The notes under the pieces are model-generated. The model was not told where the DNA came from. It saw nothing but the letters and a program-made list of their open reading frames with translations, and searched no databases. A DNA stretch of 64,000 bases from an uncultured Kiritimatiellota bacterium (lineage in GTDB: Bacteria > Verrucomicrobiota > Kiritimatiellia > RFP12 > UBA1067): positions 357 through 64,356 of the forward strand of contig CAKTYZ010000017.1 of NCBI GenBank assembly GCA_934635225.1, read 5' to 3'. Position numbers and translations under genes: made by a program. This document shows positions 1 through 9,665 of this stretch, piece by piece. How positions within the stretch are numbered: position 1 is the stretch's first letter; each line of letters opens with the position of its first letter.

Positions 1-1802
1 CGATCTCGAACCGGGCGACGGGGGCGCAGACGACCTACACGCGCCAGTTCATCCGCGCGCCGGTGATTCCCGCCACGGCGGTGCGCAGGCCGGGGGAGAA
101 CGCGATCGACGTCATGTGGACGGTGGTGGACGGCTGCACCTACTACCAGGTCGTCCGCCGCACGGTGGACCGCGACGGGACGCGCGGCGCATGGGGGAAC
201 CGGATGGGGGTCTCGCCCTCAGGCGCCGAAGGCTGCTACCCCGACATCGGCGTCGACGCCCTGACGCTCTACGAGTTCGCCGTGTGCCCGAAGTATGCCG
301 ACCCGTCCGACTACGGCTACGTCACGGCCGAGCCGGTCCTGCCGTCCGCGCCCGTCTCGGTGCTGGGCGCGCGCCTCGACCTTTACAACCTCTCGGTGGG
401 CGATCCGTGGGACTGCACGGTCGGCGTCGACTTCGCCTACGCCTCGTGCCGCCTCCTCAGCGACCCGACGGATCTCGCGCATGTCAGCCTGAAGGACCTG
501 ACGGGCGGCACGAACGTCTTTGCGCGGACGCTCGCCCTCGACGGCGCGTCCGTCTCGAACGGCGCGTTCACGCTCGACCTCGACCCGGCGCAGGGCGCGG
601 TCTCGACGGGGCGGCTCGCCTGGCATGCGACGGCGGACCTTCCGAACGCCTACCTCACGAACGTCGTCCTCGAAATCAAGATGCAGCCGTCGGGGACGAC
701 GGCGGTGACGGCGCCGTTCACGCTGGACACGCGGGGGACGCGTGCGACGTTCGACGCGCTGGGTCCGTACCTCGCGGGCGGCGCGACCGCCGTCACGCAG
801 ACCGTCGCCGCGGCCTACGGCGCACTCCCGTCGGCGACGCGCGCGGGCTACAGGCTCGTCGGCTGGACGCTCGGCGTGACGAACGGCGCGCCGCAGGCGC
901 GCGAAGGCGAGGCCCCCCTCCGCCTCGGGCCGCACACGCTCTACGCGCGGTGGGAGACGGACTGGGGCGGCGAGACCGCGTTCGCCTACGAGGCGATCGA
1001 CGCGACGACGGCGCGGATCACGGGCCTGAAGGGGGCGGCGCCGGCGAACGGACGCTTCGGCCTGCCCGACCGGGTTGACGGCTACCTCGTCACGGAGATC
1101 GGCGCGCGGGCGTTCGCCTATTCGCCGGCTGCGTTCGGCGCGGTCTCGTTCCCGGTCTTCTGCACGAATGTCGCGGATTATGCGTTCGGGAGCGCAAGGG
1201 GCGTGACGGAGCTGGCGTTTGTGCCACCGCGCCGTGCGGATCGTCCGTCCGAGACGGCGACGCTGTCGCTTGGTGAGGGTGCGTTCACAGGCACGCAGGT
1301 GACGGACGTGACGATTCCGGCGTTCGTCGACTACCTGGGCGAGGGCGCGTTCGCCAACTGTCAGTCGCTTGCCGAGGTGACGGTGCTGGGGACGCCGACG
1401 ACGGGTGGCAACGGCGTCTTCCGCCGGGCGGCGCTCGCGACGGACAGCAAGAAGCTGACCTTGCGGGCCGATGTGGCGTGGGTTGCGGCGAACGGCTTTG
1501 ACGCGAAGGGCAACATCGTGCCGACGGCGATTGCGCCGACCGTCCAGTCCCTGCGCGTGACGGGTCTTTCGGGTGTGGCGAAGGCATGGACGCTGACGCT
1601 CGCGGTGACGCTGGCGGACGGTGACTGGGGCGCGTTCGACGCAAACGCCATGCGCGTCGACTTTACCGAAACGCTGACGGGGACATCGACGCGGCTTGTT
1701 CCGACGGCGGCGGACAAGTCGGACGAGGGCGTCGTGACGCTGACGGTCGTTCTGCCGGAAGAGACGCCGTGCGGATTCTTCCGGGTGATCGTTGGCGAGT
1801 GA
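1..1802 (+). CDS. Cell-surface protein, 5'-truncated by the window edge. Carries a Listeria-Bacteroides (Flg_new) repeat and BspA-type leucine-rich repeats.
   Basis: The reading frame is open from position 3 back past the window start. The motif GYRLVGWTL...TLYARWE resembles a Flg_new repeat. The repeated segment GYLVTEIGARAFAY...VTELAFV...GEGAF...IPAFVDYLGEGAFANC resembles the BspA/LRR_5 pattern. Confidence 0.5.
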   Translation, partial: ISNRATGAQTTYTRQFIRAPVIPATAVRRPGENAIDVMWTVVDGCTYYQVVRRTVDRDGTRGAWGNRMGVSPSGAEGCYPDIGVDALTLYEFAVCPKYADPSDYGYVTAEPVLPSAPVSVLGARLDLYNLSVGDPWDCTVGVDFAYASCRLLSDPTDLAHVSLKDLTGGTNVFARTLALDGASVSNGAFTLDLDPAQGAVSTGRLAWHATADLPNAYLTNVVLEIKMQPSGTTAVTAPFTLDTRGTRATFDALGPYLAGGATAVTQTVAAAYGALPSATRAGYRLVGWTLGVTNGAPQAREGEAPLRLGPHTLYARWETDWGGETAFAYEAIDATTARITGLKGAAPANGRFGLPDRVDGYLVTEIGARAFAYSPAAFGAVSFPVFCTNVADYAFGSARGVTELAFVPPRRADRPSETATLSLGEGAFTGTQVTDVTIPAFVDYLGEGAFANCQSLAEVTVLGTPTTGGNGVFRRAALATDSKKLTLRADVAWVAANGFDAKGNIVPTAIAPTVQSLRVTGLSGVAKAWTLTLAVTLADGDWGAFDANAMRVDFTETLTGTSTRLVPTAADKSDEGVVTLTVVLPEETPCGFFRVIVGE

Positions 1803-1818
1803 AAAGGAGGGCGTTGAA

Positions 1819-2766
1819 ATGAGAGTTCTGTGTGCTTTCGGTTTGGTGCTTGCGGCGACGACAGCGGCGCAGGCGGAAGGATGGCGCTTCTCGGCGGGCC
1901 CGGCATGGCGCTCGCGCGTGGAGGTAGAGACGTCGGGCTCGGTTTCCGCGCCGCTCGCCACGCTCGGCGCGAACTCGGTGAACTATCGCTATGACACGGA
2001 TCGCGCGCAGATCGTGCCTGATCCGGTCGATCCGACGGAAACGCTGTGGGACGTTCCCGTGACGCGCACGGAGGTCATCCAGTCGACGGGCGACGGCATG
2101 GCGAGCCTGTCGGATTCGGACAATCCGTCTGCGTTGGGTCTCAACCTCTCGGCGGGCTACGACGTCTATTCTGGTGACTGGTTCTCGGTCGGCCTCGGCC
2201 TGCGGTTCGCCGCGTATTTCGACATGAAGTCCTCGTCGTCCGCGTTCCTGGACACGGGCTCGACGCGGACGCGCGTTTCGACGGGCTGGTTCCTGCACGA
2301 GGACATGCCCTATCCGCCGAGTGCGCTGCCCGCGATCCCGGACTCGTCCACGTGCCCGACGTTCAGAGAGGATCCCTTGTCCGTCGATCCCGGCACGCCC
2401 GTTCCCGGCGCGGGCAGCCGCCTCGTGCGCACGCGCTACCGGGCCGACCTCTGGCAGATCGGCGTCGGGCCGAACGTGACGTGGCACGCCCTCTCCTGGC
2501 TCGACGCCTACGCGGGCGCGGAGGCGATCCTCAACCTCGCGGCGGCCGACTTCGACGCGAACGGCTCTTCGACCTCCCGGACGGACTGCCTCCTGGGCTT
2601 CGGCGGCCACGTCGGGCTGGAGGCGAAGCTCACGGACTGTCTCGGCCTCTACGGCCAGGTCGGCTACGAGTGGGTGGACAAGTGCGACATTTCAGCAGGA
2701 GGCATCGCAGCGGATGCCGACTTTTCCTCGGTTGTCGTCACGGCGGGCGTGATTGTTCGTTTTTGA
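1819..2766 (+). CDS. Putative outer-membrane beta-barrel protein
   Basis: A Shine-Dalgarno sequence AAAGGAGG precedes the ATG at 1819. The N-terminus MRVLCAFGLVLAATTAAQA looks like a signal peptide. The protein has alternating amphipathic segments and ends in a C-terminal aromatic residue (...VIVRF). Confidence 0.45.
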   Translation: MRVLCAFGLVLAATTAAQAEGWRFSAGPAWRSRVEVETSGSVSAPLATLGANSVNYRYDTDRAQIVPDPVDPTETLWDVPVTRTEVIQSTGDGMASLSDSDNPSALGLNLSAGYDVYSGDWFSVGLGLRFAAYFDMKSSSSAFLDTGSTRTRVSTGWFLHEDMPYPPSALPAIPDSSTCPTFREDPLSVDPGTPVPGAGSRLVRTRYRADLWQIGVGPNVTWHALSWLDAYAGAEAILNLAAADFDANGSSTSRTDCLLGFGGHVGLEAKLTDCLGLYGQVGYEWVDKCDISAGGIAADADFSSVVVTAGVIVRF

Positions 2767-2844
2767 TTTTATTTGATTTTTCGTGAACCTACGGGGCGCG
2801 TCGTGCATTAACATCAGTGAACAGCACGAGAGACGCGCGTCCGA

Positions 2845-3366
2845 ATGGAAATCTGGTTGGAAATCAGAAAAGACCCGGAAAGCGGTGCAAAACGGCTCGT
2901 TTCCGAGTATGGAGACCGCCTTTTTGCAACCGCGCTCTTGTTGTGTCGAAATGACCACGATGCCGAAGAACTGGTCTTTCGCACTTTCGATCAGGCGATT
3001 CGCAAAATTGCGCGTTATCAGACGACAGGTGCCTTCTTCAACTGGCTCTACACGATTCTGCTGAACTTCCGTCGTATGGACGTGCGCAAGCGGCGCGTCG
3101 AACTCGTCCCCGTTGGCGGCTCGTTTGACCTGCCAGAGTGTCCGGATCCTCTTTTTGTCGAATTGGCCGCAGATGCGGGAGCCGATGCGTTGCGCGCGGC
3201 AATCGGCAGTGTGTCCGAGCCGCTTCGTTTTGTTGTGAAAAGACGCTATTTCGACGCGAAGCCCGTCGAAGAGATCGCTCGGGAACTGGGTGTTCCAGCG
3301 GGAACGGTCAAGTCAAGGCTTCACAAGGCAAGGGAGGTACTCCATGGACTTCTGTCCCGAAAATAA
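2845..3366 (+). CDS. ECF-family RNA polymerase sigma-70 factor
   Basis: The segment DAEELVFRTFDQAIRKIARY matches sigma region 2. The C-terminal ARELGVPAGTVKSRLHKAREVL matches the region 4 helix-turn-helix. Confidence 0.8.
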   Translation: MEIWLEIRKDPESGAKRLVSEYGDRLFATALLLCRNDHDAEELVFRTFDQAIRKIARYQTTGAFFNWLYTILLNFRRMDVRKRRVELVPVGGSFDLPECPDPLFVELAADAGADALRAAIGSVSEPLRFVVKRRYFDAKPVEEIARELGVPAGTVKSRLHKAREVLHGLLSRK

Positions 3367-3658
3367 TGAGAAGCATCTGCCGGCAGACTTTGCCGACCGT
3401 CTTGTGGCAAGCATTCGCGCCCGCCGGCGGCGTATCCGCCGCGCGAAGGTTCTTGCGGCAATCGCGTTCGTCGTCGTCAGTTCGGTCGTTTGCGCCGGTT
3501 TCTTCGCCCCAACGGAGGCGATTGGGCGAACGGAGACGAGCCTTATTGCGGCGCATCCGACGAGCCGACAGGAACAGGTGTCGGGCTGGATGCTCTTGGG
3601 CGTCTTCAGAGAATGCTTTAAGCGCATGAAAACGACGAAGAAGAAAGAAGAAAAGTAA
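3341..3658 (+). CDS. Putative membrane-anchored anti-sigma factor
   Basis: The gene overlaps the 3' end of the sigma gene. It has one predicted transmembrane helix (VLAAIAFVVVSSVVCAGFF) after a short cytoplasmic N-terminus. The start was chosen at the internal MDFCPE. Confidence 0.4.
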   Translation, partial: SMDFCPENNEKHLPADFADRLVASIRARRRRIRRAKVLAAIAFVVVSSVVCAGFFAPTEAIGRTETSLIAAHPTSRQEQVSGWMLLGVFRECFKRMKTTKKKEEK

Positions 3659-3659
3659 A

Positions 3660-4097
3660 ATGGCTGTGTTGGGTCAGGGCATCGTCCTAATGGTTGCAGG
3701 AATGGGGATTGTCTACCTGTTCCTTTGGGTGCTGATTGTCGTTTCCAAGAAGGCGAGTGCGCTGGTCTCGCGCTTCGATTATCTTATCCCGGATGAGGCA
3801 CCGAAAAGAGCGGTGCGCAGGGGACCGAGTGGACAAGTTGCGCGTGTTCGACCGACTCTCAGCACGAGCGCATCCCTTGCGAAGGGGGAAAAGGTGAGGG
3901 CACCTGTGCCGGGCACGGTGTTGCGCGTGACGGCGACGAGCGGGTCGCGTGTTGCGAAAGGCGATGAGCTTCTTGTCATGGACGTCATGAAGATGGAGAC
4001 TCCTTTTTCCGCACCATGCGATGGCGTGGTTACGATTTTGGTCTCCGCGACTGACAAGGTTGCAACAGGTGATGCGCTTGCCGTCATTGAGCGGTGA
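3660..4097 (+). CDS. Fusion of an OadG-like membrane anchor with a biotin carboxyl carrier domain (biotinyl-lysine motif VMKME)
   Basis: The N-terminal transmembrane helix resembles the OadG/MmdD anchor. The C-terminus has a biotinyl/lipoyl domain (GTVLRV...[24 protein letters not shown]). The gene starts 2 nt after the anti-sigma stop codon. Confidence 0.7.
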   Translation: MAVLGQGIVLMVAGMGIVYLFLWVLIVVSKKASALVSRFDYLIPDEAPKRAVRRGPSGQVARVRPTLSTSASLAKGEKVRAPVPGTVLRVTATSGSRVAKGDELLVMDVMKMETPFSAPCDGVVTILVSATDKVATGDALAVIER

Positions 4098-5611
4098 AAG
4101 AACGAGAACAATTAATGGCCATTAAAGATATGATGAAGAGGATTCTATTGTTTTTTTGCGTTTCAGTTGGCCTGTTCGATGCACGGGCAGAAGACAACTG
4201 GCTGACGACTGTTCGCAAGGTCGGCAATCTGGGTGCGGAGACGGGGATTGCCGGCTTCTTGGAACGTGAAGCCCCCGCCTACCTCACGGGGGATTTCGCC
4301 GAAGCAGAGCGGCCCGAGGCAAAGCCGCTGTCTGCGAATCGAAACGGCTACTGGGACAAGAACGGCCAATGGCACGGCGGCTATTTCGATGACGGCGGAC
4401 AATTTGTCGAAGGGCATGCGGTTTCAACGCTCTTCGGAATGCCCTATGGCCTTGGACAGCTGATCATGATTCCCGTCTGCCTTATCCTGCTGTATCTGGC
4501 AATCGTGAAGGGCTTTGAGCCGCTTCTTCTCTTGCCGATCGGTTTTGGCGGACTTCTCGCGAACTGTCCGCTCTCGGGCATCACGGTGCCGGCCATGATG
4601 CATGACGGCATAATCGCCTTTTTGGCGAGTGGCGAACCCGTGATGACGGGCGGAGTCGTCGAGCCGGGCGGTTTTCTTCATTATTTCTTCAAGTTCGGCA
4701 TCGACACGGGGGTCTTTCCAATCATGATCTTCATGGGCGTCGGCGCCATGACGGACTTTGGCCCGCTGATCGCCAGCCCCAAGTCGGCCTTGCTTGGCGG
4801 CGCGGCCCAGTTTGGCATCTTCTTTGCGCTCTTTGGGGCTTTGGGCCTCTCGGCGCTCTTTCCGAACCTTGACTTTGGCCTTAAGGAGGCGAGCGCTATC
4901 GGCATCATCGGCGGTGCGGATGGCCCGACGGCAATCTGGCTCACCTCGCGCCTCGCCCCGGATCTTCTGGGCGCGATCGCGGTTGCCGCCTACTCGTACA
5001 TGGCTCTTGTGCCGATCATCCAGCCGCCCATCATGAAGATCCTGACGACGAAAGAAGAACGGCTGATTCGCATGCCGCAGTTGCGTGCCGTCACGAAACT
5101 GGAGAAGATAGCATTCCCGCTCATCGTGCTCTTGCTGTGCGCGACGTTGTTGCCGTCTGCCGTGCCGTTGATTGGCGCGCTCATGCTGGGCAATCTCGCG
5201 AAGGAGATTGGCGCACCTGTTTCACGCATTTCCGATACGATGGCGAATGCGCTGATTAACATCGTCACGATCATGTTAGGCCTGTCCGTCGGCTCGAAAC
5301 TCGCCTGCGAGAAATTCCTTTCAGGGCAGACGCTCGCGATCCTCGCGTTGGGACTCTGCGCGTTTTGCGTCGGCACGGCGGGCGGTGTCCTGATGGCGAA
5401 GCTCATGAATCTCTTCTCGAAGGAAAAGATCAATCCGCTTATCGGGTCGGCGGGAGTTTCCGCAGTCCCGATGGCCGCGCGCGTCTCGAACAAGGTTGCG
5501 CTTGCGGACGATGCGACGAACTATGTCCTTATGCAGGCGATGGGTCCGAATGTCTCGGGCGTCATCGGTTCGGCGGTCGTTGCGGGTGTCCTCTACACGC
5601 TGTGCCGCTGA
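4094..5611 (+). CDS. Beta subunit of a Na+-transporting biotin-dependent decarboxylase (OadB/MmdB/GcdB family), with a signal-peptide-bearing N-terminal extension of about 115 aa
   Basis: From residue about 116 the sequence ([42 protein letters not shown]...) lines up with the OadB N-terminus. The ORF-track GTG start overlaps the upstream stop codon. Alternative ATG starts lie at 4115 and 4130. Confidence 0.8.
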   Translation: MKEREQLMAIKDMMKRILLFFCVSVGLFDARAEDNWLTTVRKVGNLGAETGIAGFLEREAPAYLTGDFAEAERPEAKPLSANRNGYWDKNGQWHGGYFDDGGQFVEGHAVSTLFGMPYGLGQLIMIPVCLILLYLAIVKGFEPLLLLPIGFGGLLANCPLSGITVPAMMHDGIIAFLASGEPVMTGGVVEPGGFLHYFFKFGIDTGVFPIMIFMGVGAMTDFGPLIASPKSALLGGAAQFGIFFALFGALGLSALFPNLDFGLKEASAIGIIGGADGPTAIWLTSRLAPDLLGAIAVAAYSYMALVPIIQPPIMKILTTKEERLIRMPQLRAVTKLEKIAFPLIVLLLCATLLPSAVPLIGALMLGNLAKEIGAPVSRISDTMANALINIVTIMLGLSVGSKLACEKFLSGQTLAILALGLCAFCVGTAGGVLMAKLMNLFSKEKINPLIGSAGVSAVPMAARVSNKVALADDATNYVLMQAMGPNVSGVIGSAVVAGVLYTLCR

Positions 5612-5663
5612 CTATGCAATCTCAACATCAGAATAACCTAATACAAGAAAGGTCCGGTCTCCC

Positions 5664-5768
5664 ATGACTGTTCGTCTTATCGTCATTGTCGCTGTTGCAA
5701 TCGCCGCTGTGATAGGCATGGTTGTCATCGGAAAACTCGCGGACGGCAAGCCTGACCAGGAGGGCTGA
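5664..5768 (+). CDS. Hypothetical 34-aa hydrophobic peptide (MTVRLIVIVAVAIAAVIGMVVIGKLADGKPDQEG)
   Basis: It is a short intergenic ORF between the decarboxylase beta-subunit gene and rpoN, with one predicted transmembrane helix. There is no homology evidence. Confidence 0.2.
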   Translation: MTVRLIVIVAVAIAAVIGMVVIGKLADGKPDQEG

Positions 5769-5894
5769 TCGCCGGCCAATGACATGATGGGTGTCCGTGC
5801 GCGTGCAAGGGATTCTCCGAGGCATGCGAGTCCGTTTGCCATGCGATGGCCGACGGCGTTGACGGAAGGGGCTTGGTTTTGTTATCATTAGGCC

Positions 5895-7148
5895 ATGAGC
5901 CTTTCTTTTCAGATTCAGCCTCGGTTGGCCCAGCATCAGGTCGCGACACCTGTAATGATGCTGGAACTCTCTCTCTTGCAATTGCCCCTGACGGAATTGC
6001 GTGAGGCGGTCAAGAAAGAGGTGGACTCGAATCCTGCGCTAGAGATCGAACGCGACTTCAACTCTGGGCGCGGCATGCATGCGGCTTCGGAAGGCTTTGA
6101 TTTCGAGCGTGTGGCCGACGAGGGCGGCGAAAGCCTTGAAGACCATCTGCTGGGCGAACTCCGGATGGATGGCGTTGAGGGGCGGGAACTTGAACTTTGC
6201 CGCGCAATTGTCGCGGAACTGGACGAAGACGGGCGCTTTAAGGGTTCTTATCCCGATCTCGTGATGACGGCAAACGCGACGGTCGCCGAGTTGGAAGCGG
6301 CGCGTCAACGTGTCTTGTCCATTGATCCGAAAGGGTGTGGTGCACGTGATCTTGCCGAATGCTATCGTGCGCAGATAGAACGCATCCCTGCCGCGAAACG
6401 ACCGGCGGTCGAGAAGGCGCTTGACGAATTGTCCGCAGCGATTCAGAAGGGGCAGATGCAGTCTTATCGTCCGTCGGATCTCCAGACTTTCCGCCTTCTT
6501 CGGATGTTGGAAGCGTTTCCGGGCCGTCTCTACGACCGTCGTCGCGTCGAGACGGTTGTGCCGGACGTGGTGGTTGATGCGGATGGCACGGTTCGCGTTG
6601 ATCAAGGCGACATTCCCGAGTTGCGCGTCTCGCAGAAGTACATTGAACTGGCAAAGGATCGCGAAGCCGATGCGGAGGCTCGTGCGTTTGCCGTCGAAAA
6701 GGTCAAACGGGCGCGCGAGTTTCGCGAGGCGCTGATTCGGCGGCAGGAGATGATGGAGACGATTGCCGAAGCGGCCGTCGGAGGGCAGAGGGAGTTTCTG
6801 ACGCGAGGGCCGTCAGGGCTGAAGAGGCAGACGATGAGCGAGATTGCCAAGAAGGCGAAGTGCGACGTCTCGACCGTCTCACGCGCGGCGGCGCGCAAGT
6901 ACGTGAAGACGCCCCGCGGTACGGTGTCCCTGCGCAAGTTCTTCCAGCTTGTCGATCAGGAACCCATCGAGAAGTTGCGCGAGATTCTTCTGTCGCTTCC
7001 GCCAAGGCCGCACGTCCCCGACCAGAAGGTCGCGGAGATGCTGGAGAAGGCTGGCTATAAGATGGCACGGCGGACGGTGGCGAAGTATCGCCGGAAGTTC
7101 GGTTTGAGCGAAGGGCGTATTCCGGTTCGCCAGAAAAATGTGGTATAA
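5895..7148 (+). CDS. rpoN: RNA polymerase sigma-54 factor
   Basis: It has a Gln-rich N-terminus, and its C-terminus carries the RpoN box ARRTVAKYR. Confidence 0.85.
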   Translation: MSLSFQIQPRLAQHQVATPVMMLELSLLQLPLTELREAVKKEVDSNPALEIERDFNSGRGMHAASEGFDFERVADEGGESLEDHLLGELRMDGVEGRELELCRAIVAELDEDGRFKGSYPDLVMTANATVAELEAARQRVLSIDPKGCGARDLAECYRAQIERIPAAKRPAVEKALDELSAAIQKGQMQSYRPSDLQTFRLLRMLEAFPGRLYDRRRVETVVPDVVVDADGTVRVDQGDIPELRVSQKYIELAKDREADAEARAFAVEKVKRAREFREALIRRQEMMETIAEAAVGGQREFLTRGPSGLKRQTMSEIAKKAKCDVSTVSRAAARKYVKTPRGTVSLRKFFQLVDQEPIEKLREILLSLPPRPHVPDQKVAEMLEKAGYKMARRTVAKYRRKFGLSEGRIPVRQKNVV

Positions 7149-7149
7149 T
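7141..7149 (+). promoter_or_regulatory. Extended -10 element TGGTATAAT, 10 nt upstream of the nfo ATG, with no Shine-Dalgarno sequence
   Basis: It reads TGGTATAAT-ctcatctctt-ATG. The same architecture recurs at gatB (8053-8061), gyrA (9647-9655), the ABC transporter (15700-15708), tsaD (41007-41015), trkA (42107-42115), nfu (49278-49286), der (51245-51253), the DUF2723 gene (60665-60673), and on the - strand at the permease (59673-59678). Confidence 0.55.
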
Positions 7150-7159
7150 CTCATCTCTT

Positions 7160-8032
7160 ATGGAAAACTGCATGAAAATCGGTTGTCATCTGAGTTCGTC
7201 TGGCGGGTATCTCGCCATGGCCCAGACGGCTGTCTCGATTGGCGCGAATGTCTTTCAGTTCTTCACCAGGAACCCGCGCGGCGGCGCAGCAAAGCCTCTT
7301 GACAAGAATGACATCGCGGCGTTTCTCGACTATGCGGCGGAAAATGGCATTGGCCCGATTCTCGCACACGCGCCCTACACGCTGAATGCGGCGGGCTCCG
7401 AAGACCGCGTGCGTGACTTCGCCGAGAAGACGATGGCGGACGACTTGAACCGCCTTGCGTTCACGCCGGGTGCGCTCTACAACTTCCACCCGGGCAGTCA
7501 TGTCGGGCAGGGTACGGAGAAAGGCATCGCGCTCATCTCGTCCATGTTGGTTCGGATCTTGACGGATGCTGCGCGACAGGAGACGGACGGCACGACGATT
7601 CTGCTGGAGACGATGGCGGGAAAAGGCAGCGAAGTCGGGCGGAACTTCGAAGAGGTCCGGGCGATCATCGACGCGACGGAGGCTCGGCTTCCGACGGCGA
7701 ATCGTCCGCGTCTGGGCGTTTGTCTGGATACCTGTCATGTCTGGGATGGCGGTTATGACATTGTCGGTGATTTGGACGGCGTTGTGGGTGCGTTTGACCG
7801 CGTGGTTGGGTTGGACCGCTTGAAGGCGATTCACTTGAACGACTCGATGAATGCCCTCGGTGCGCATAAGGACCGCCACGAGAAGATCGGGAAGGGGAAA
7901 ATCGGACTCAATGCGTTCCAGCGCATCGTGAACCATCCGAAGCTGCGCGAGCTTCCGTTCTATCTGGAGACGCCGTGTGATTTGCAGGGATATCGTGATG
8001 AGATTGCGCTTCTGAAGTCATTGCGGGACTGA
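7160..8032 (+). CDS. nfo: Endonuclease IV
   Basis: The sequence [13 protein letters not shown]...[11 protein letters not shown]...LETMAGKG...HLNDS matches Nfo. Translation may instead begin at the second ATG at 7171. Confidence 0.85.
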   Translation: MENCMKIGCHLSSSGGYLAMAQTAVSIGANVFQFFTRNPRGGAAKPLDKNDIAAFLDYAAENGIGPILAHAPYTLNAAGSEDRVRDFAEKTMADDLNRLAFTPGALYNFHPGSHVGQGTEKGIALISSMLVRILTDAARQETDGTTILLETMAGKGSEVGRNFEEVRAIIDATEARLPTANRPRLGVCLDTCHVWDGGYDIVGDLDGVVGAFDRVVGLDRLKAIHLNDSMNALGAHKDRHEKIGKGKIGLNAFQRIVNHPKLRELPFYLETPCDLQGYRDEIALLKSLRD

Positions 8033-8071
8033 AAGCAGGGAACGCGGAAAATTGCTATAATATCCTGACTT

Positions 8072-9550
8072 ATGGAATTCGAGAATACAATCGGGCTGGA
8101 GACGCATGTCCAGCTGAAGACGAAGACGAAGATGTTCTGCGGCTGCCTTCTGAAGACGGGTTGCGAGCCGAACACGAATGTATGCCCGGTTTGCCTTGGC
8201 TATCCGGGGGCGTTGCCGGTCATGAACAAGGAGGCCGTGAAACTGACGGTGATGAGCGGCCTCATGCTCGGCTGCAAGATCAACAAGCGCGCGACTTTCG
8301 ACCGCAAGAACTATTTCTATCCCGACATGGCGAAAGACTACCAGATTTCCGAGAATGGGAATCCGCTGTGCCTTGGGGGCGGCGTCGAGATCACGCGCGC
8401 GGACGGCACGAAGAAGTTCATCCGGATCAACCACATCCATCTCGAAGAGGACGCGGCGAAGATCAACCACTACGCGACGACTTCGGGCGTGGACTTCAAC
8501 CGAGGCGGCACGCCGCTCATGGAGATCGTCTCTGAGCCGGACATGGAGTCGGCAGACGACGCGATTGCCTATCTGACAGCCCTCAAAGAAATGCTCGTTT
8601 ATGCGGGCGTCTCCGACTGCAATCTCGAAGAGGGCAATATGCGTTCTGACGTCAATGTCTCGATCCGCCCGAAGACGGATGTGCCGGGGCTTCCGACGAA
8701 GCCGGACGGCACGATTGACTTCTCGAAGCTTGGCACGAAGATTGAAATCAAGAACATGAACTCATTCAGCGGCATCCACGCCGCGCTTGTCTACGAGGCG
8801 AAGCGCCAGCGCGAATGCATGGTCCATTCGATTCCGCTTGTGCAGGAGACGCGCCGATGGGATCCCGAGGCGCTGGAGACGGCGTCCATGCGCTCGAAGG
8901 AGAATGCGCATGACTATCGCTACTTCCCTGAGCCAGACCTCGTGCCGGTTGAACTGTCCGACGAGCAAGTCGAGGAATGGCGCAAGCTCCTGCCCGAGAA
9001 GCCCGAGAGACGCCGAGCCCGCATGATTGCGGACTACGGCCTTGCCGAATATGATGCGGAGGTCCTTTCCCAGCACAAGGCAAACGCCGACTATTACGAG
9101 GCGGCGGCGAAGGAACTCGACAAGAAGACAGCGAAGCTTCTCTGCAACCTGTTCCTCGGCGATGTGATGGCTCTCTTGAACGCGAGCGGCAAGGCGATTG
9201 GCGACTGCGTGATGACGCCGGTGGAACTCGCCGCACTCGTCAAGCTTTTGGCGGCCGGCACGATCAACGGCCCGACGCTGAAGGAGCTCCTGCCTGAGAT
9301 TTTCGAGAAGGGCGGCGATCCTGTGGCGATCGTGAACGAACGCGGCCTTGGCGCGGTTTCCGACAGAGCGGCGCTGGAGGCGTTTGTCGACCAGGCCATT
9401 GCGGCGAATCCCGGTCCTGTCGCGGACTTCAAGGCGGGCAAGAAGGCCGCAGCCGGCTTCTTTGTCGGGCAAGTGATGAAGCTCTCGAAGGGCAAGGCCG
9501 ACCCGAAGATCGTCGGGTCCCTTGTCGCCAAGAAACTCGCCGCAATGTGA
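8072..9550 (+). CDS. gatB: Aspartyl/glutamyl-tRNA amidotransferase subunit B
   Basis: The N-terminus GLETHVQLKTKTKMFCGC and the overall length match GatB. Confidence 0.9.
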   Translation: MEFENTIGLETHVQLKTKTKMFCGCLLKTGCEPNTNVCPVCLGYPGALPVMNKEAVKLTVMSGLMLGCKINKRATFDRKNYFYPDMAKDYQISENGNPLCLGGGVEITRADGTKKFIRINHIHLEEDAAKINHYATTSGVDFNRGGTPLMEIVSEPDMESADDAIAYLTALKEMLVYAGVSDCNLEEGNMRSDVNVSIRPKTDVPGLPTKPDGTIDFSKLGTKIEIKNMNSFSGIHAALVYEAKRQRECMVHSIPLVQETRRWDPEALETASMRSKENAHDYRYFPEPDLVPVELSDEQVEEWRKLLPEKPERRRARMIADYGLAEYDAEVLSQHKANADYYEAAAKELDKKTAKLLCNLFLGDVMALLNASGKAIGDCVMTPVELAALVKLLAAGTINGPTLKELLPEIFEKGGDPVAIVNERGLGAVSDRAALEAFVDQAIAANPGPVADFKAGKKAAAGFFVGQVMKLSKGKADPKIVGSLVAKKLAAM

Positions 9551-9665
9551 GCGAGAGGGTTGTGCGCACGTTGCTGGAAGTGCGCGAGAACGGCGGGGGC
9601 ATTGCCTTGGCGAGGCCCGATGGGACGCGTAAAGCGTCAGGAAATTTGGTATAATACCATAACTT

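Noticed and set aside
219-2610. Long - strand ORFs (219-1961 and 1663-2610) rich in Arg and Pro
   Set aside because: They are antisense shadows of the surface-protein and outer-membrane-protein genes. Their compositional bias is typical of GC-rich non-coding frames.
2786-2842. Possible ECF-type autoregulatory promoter (GAAC...CGTC) upstream of the ECF sigma gene
   Set aside because: Two GAAC/CGTC pairs exist. For one the spacing is about 12 nt, and the other is too close to the ATG. I could not place a convincing -35/-10 pair with the spacing of about 16 nt that is required.
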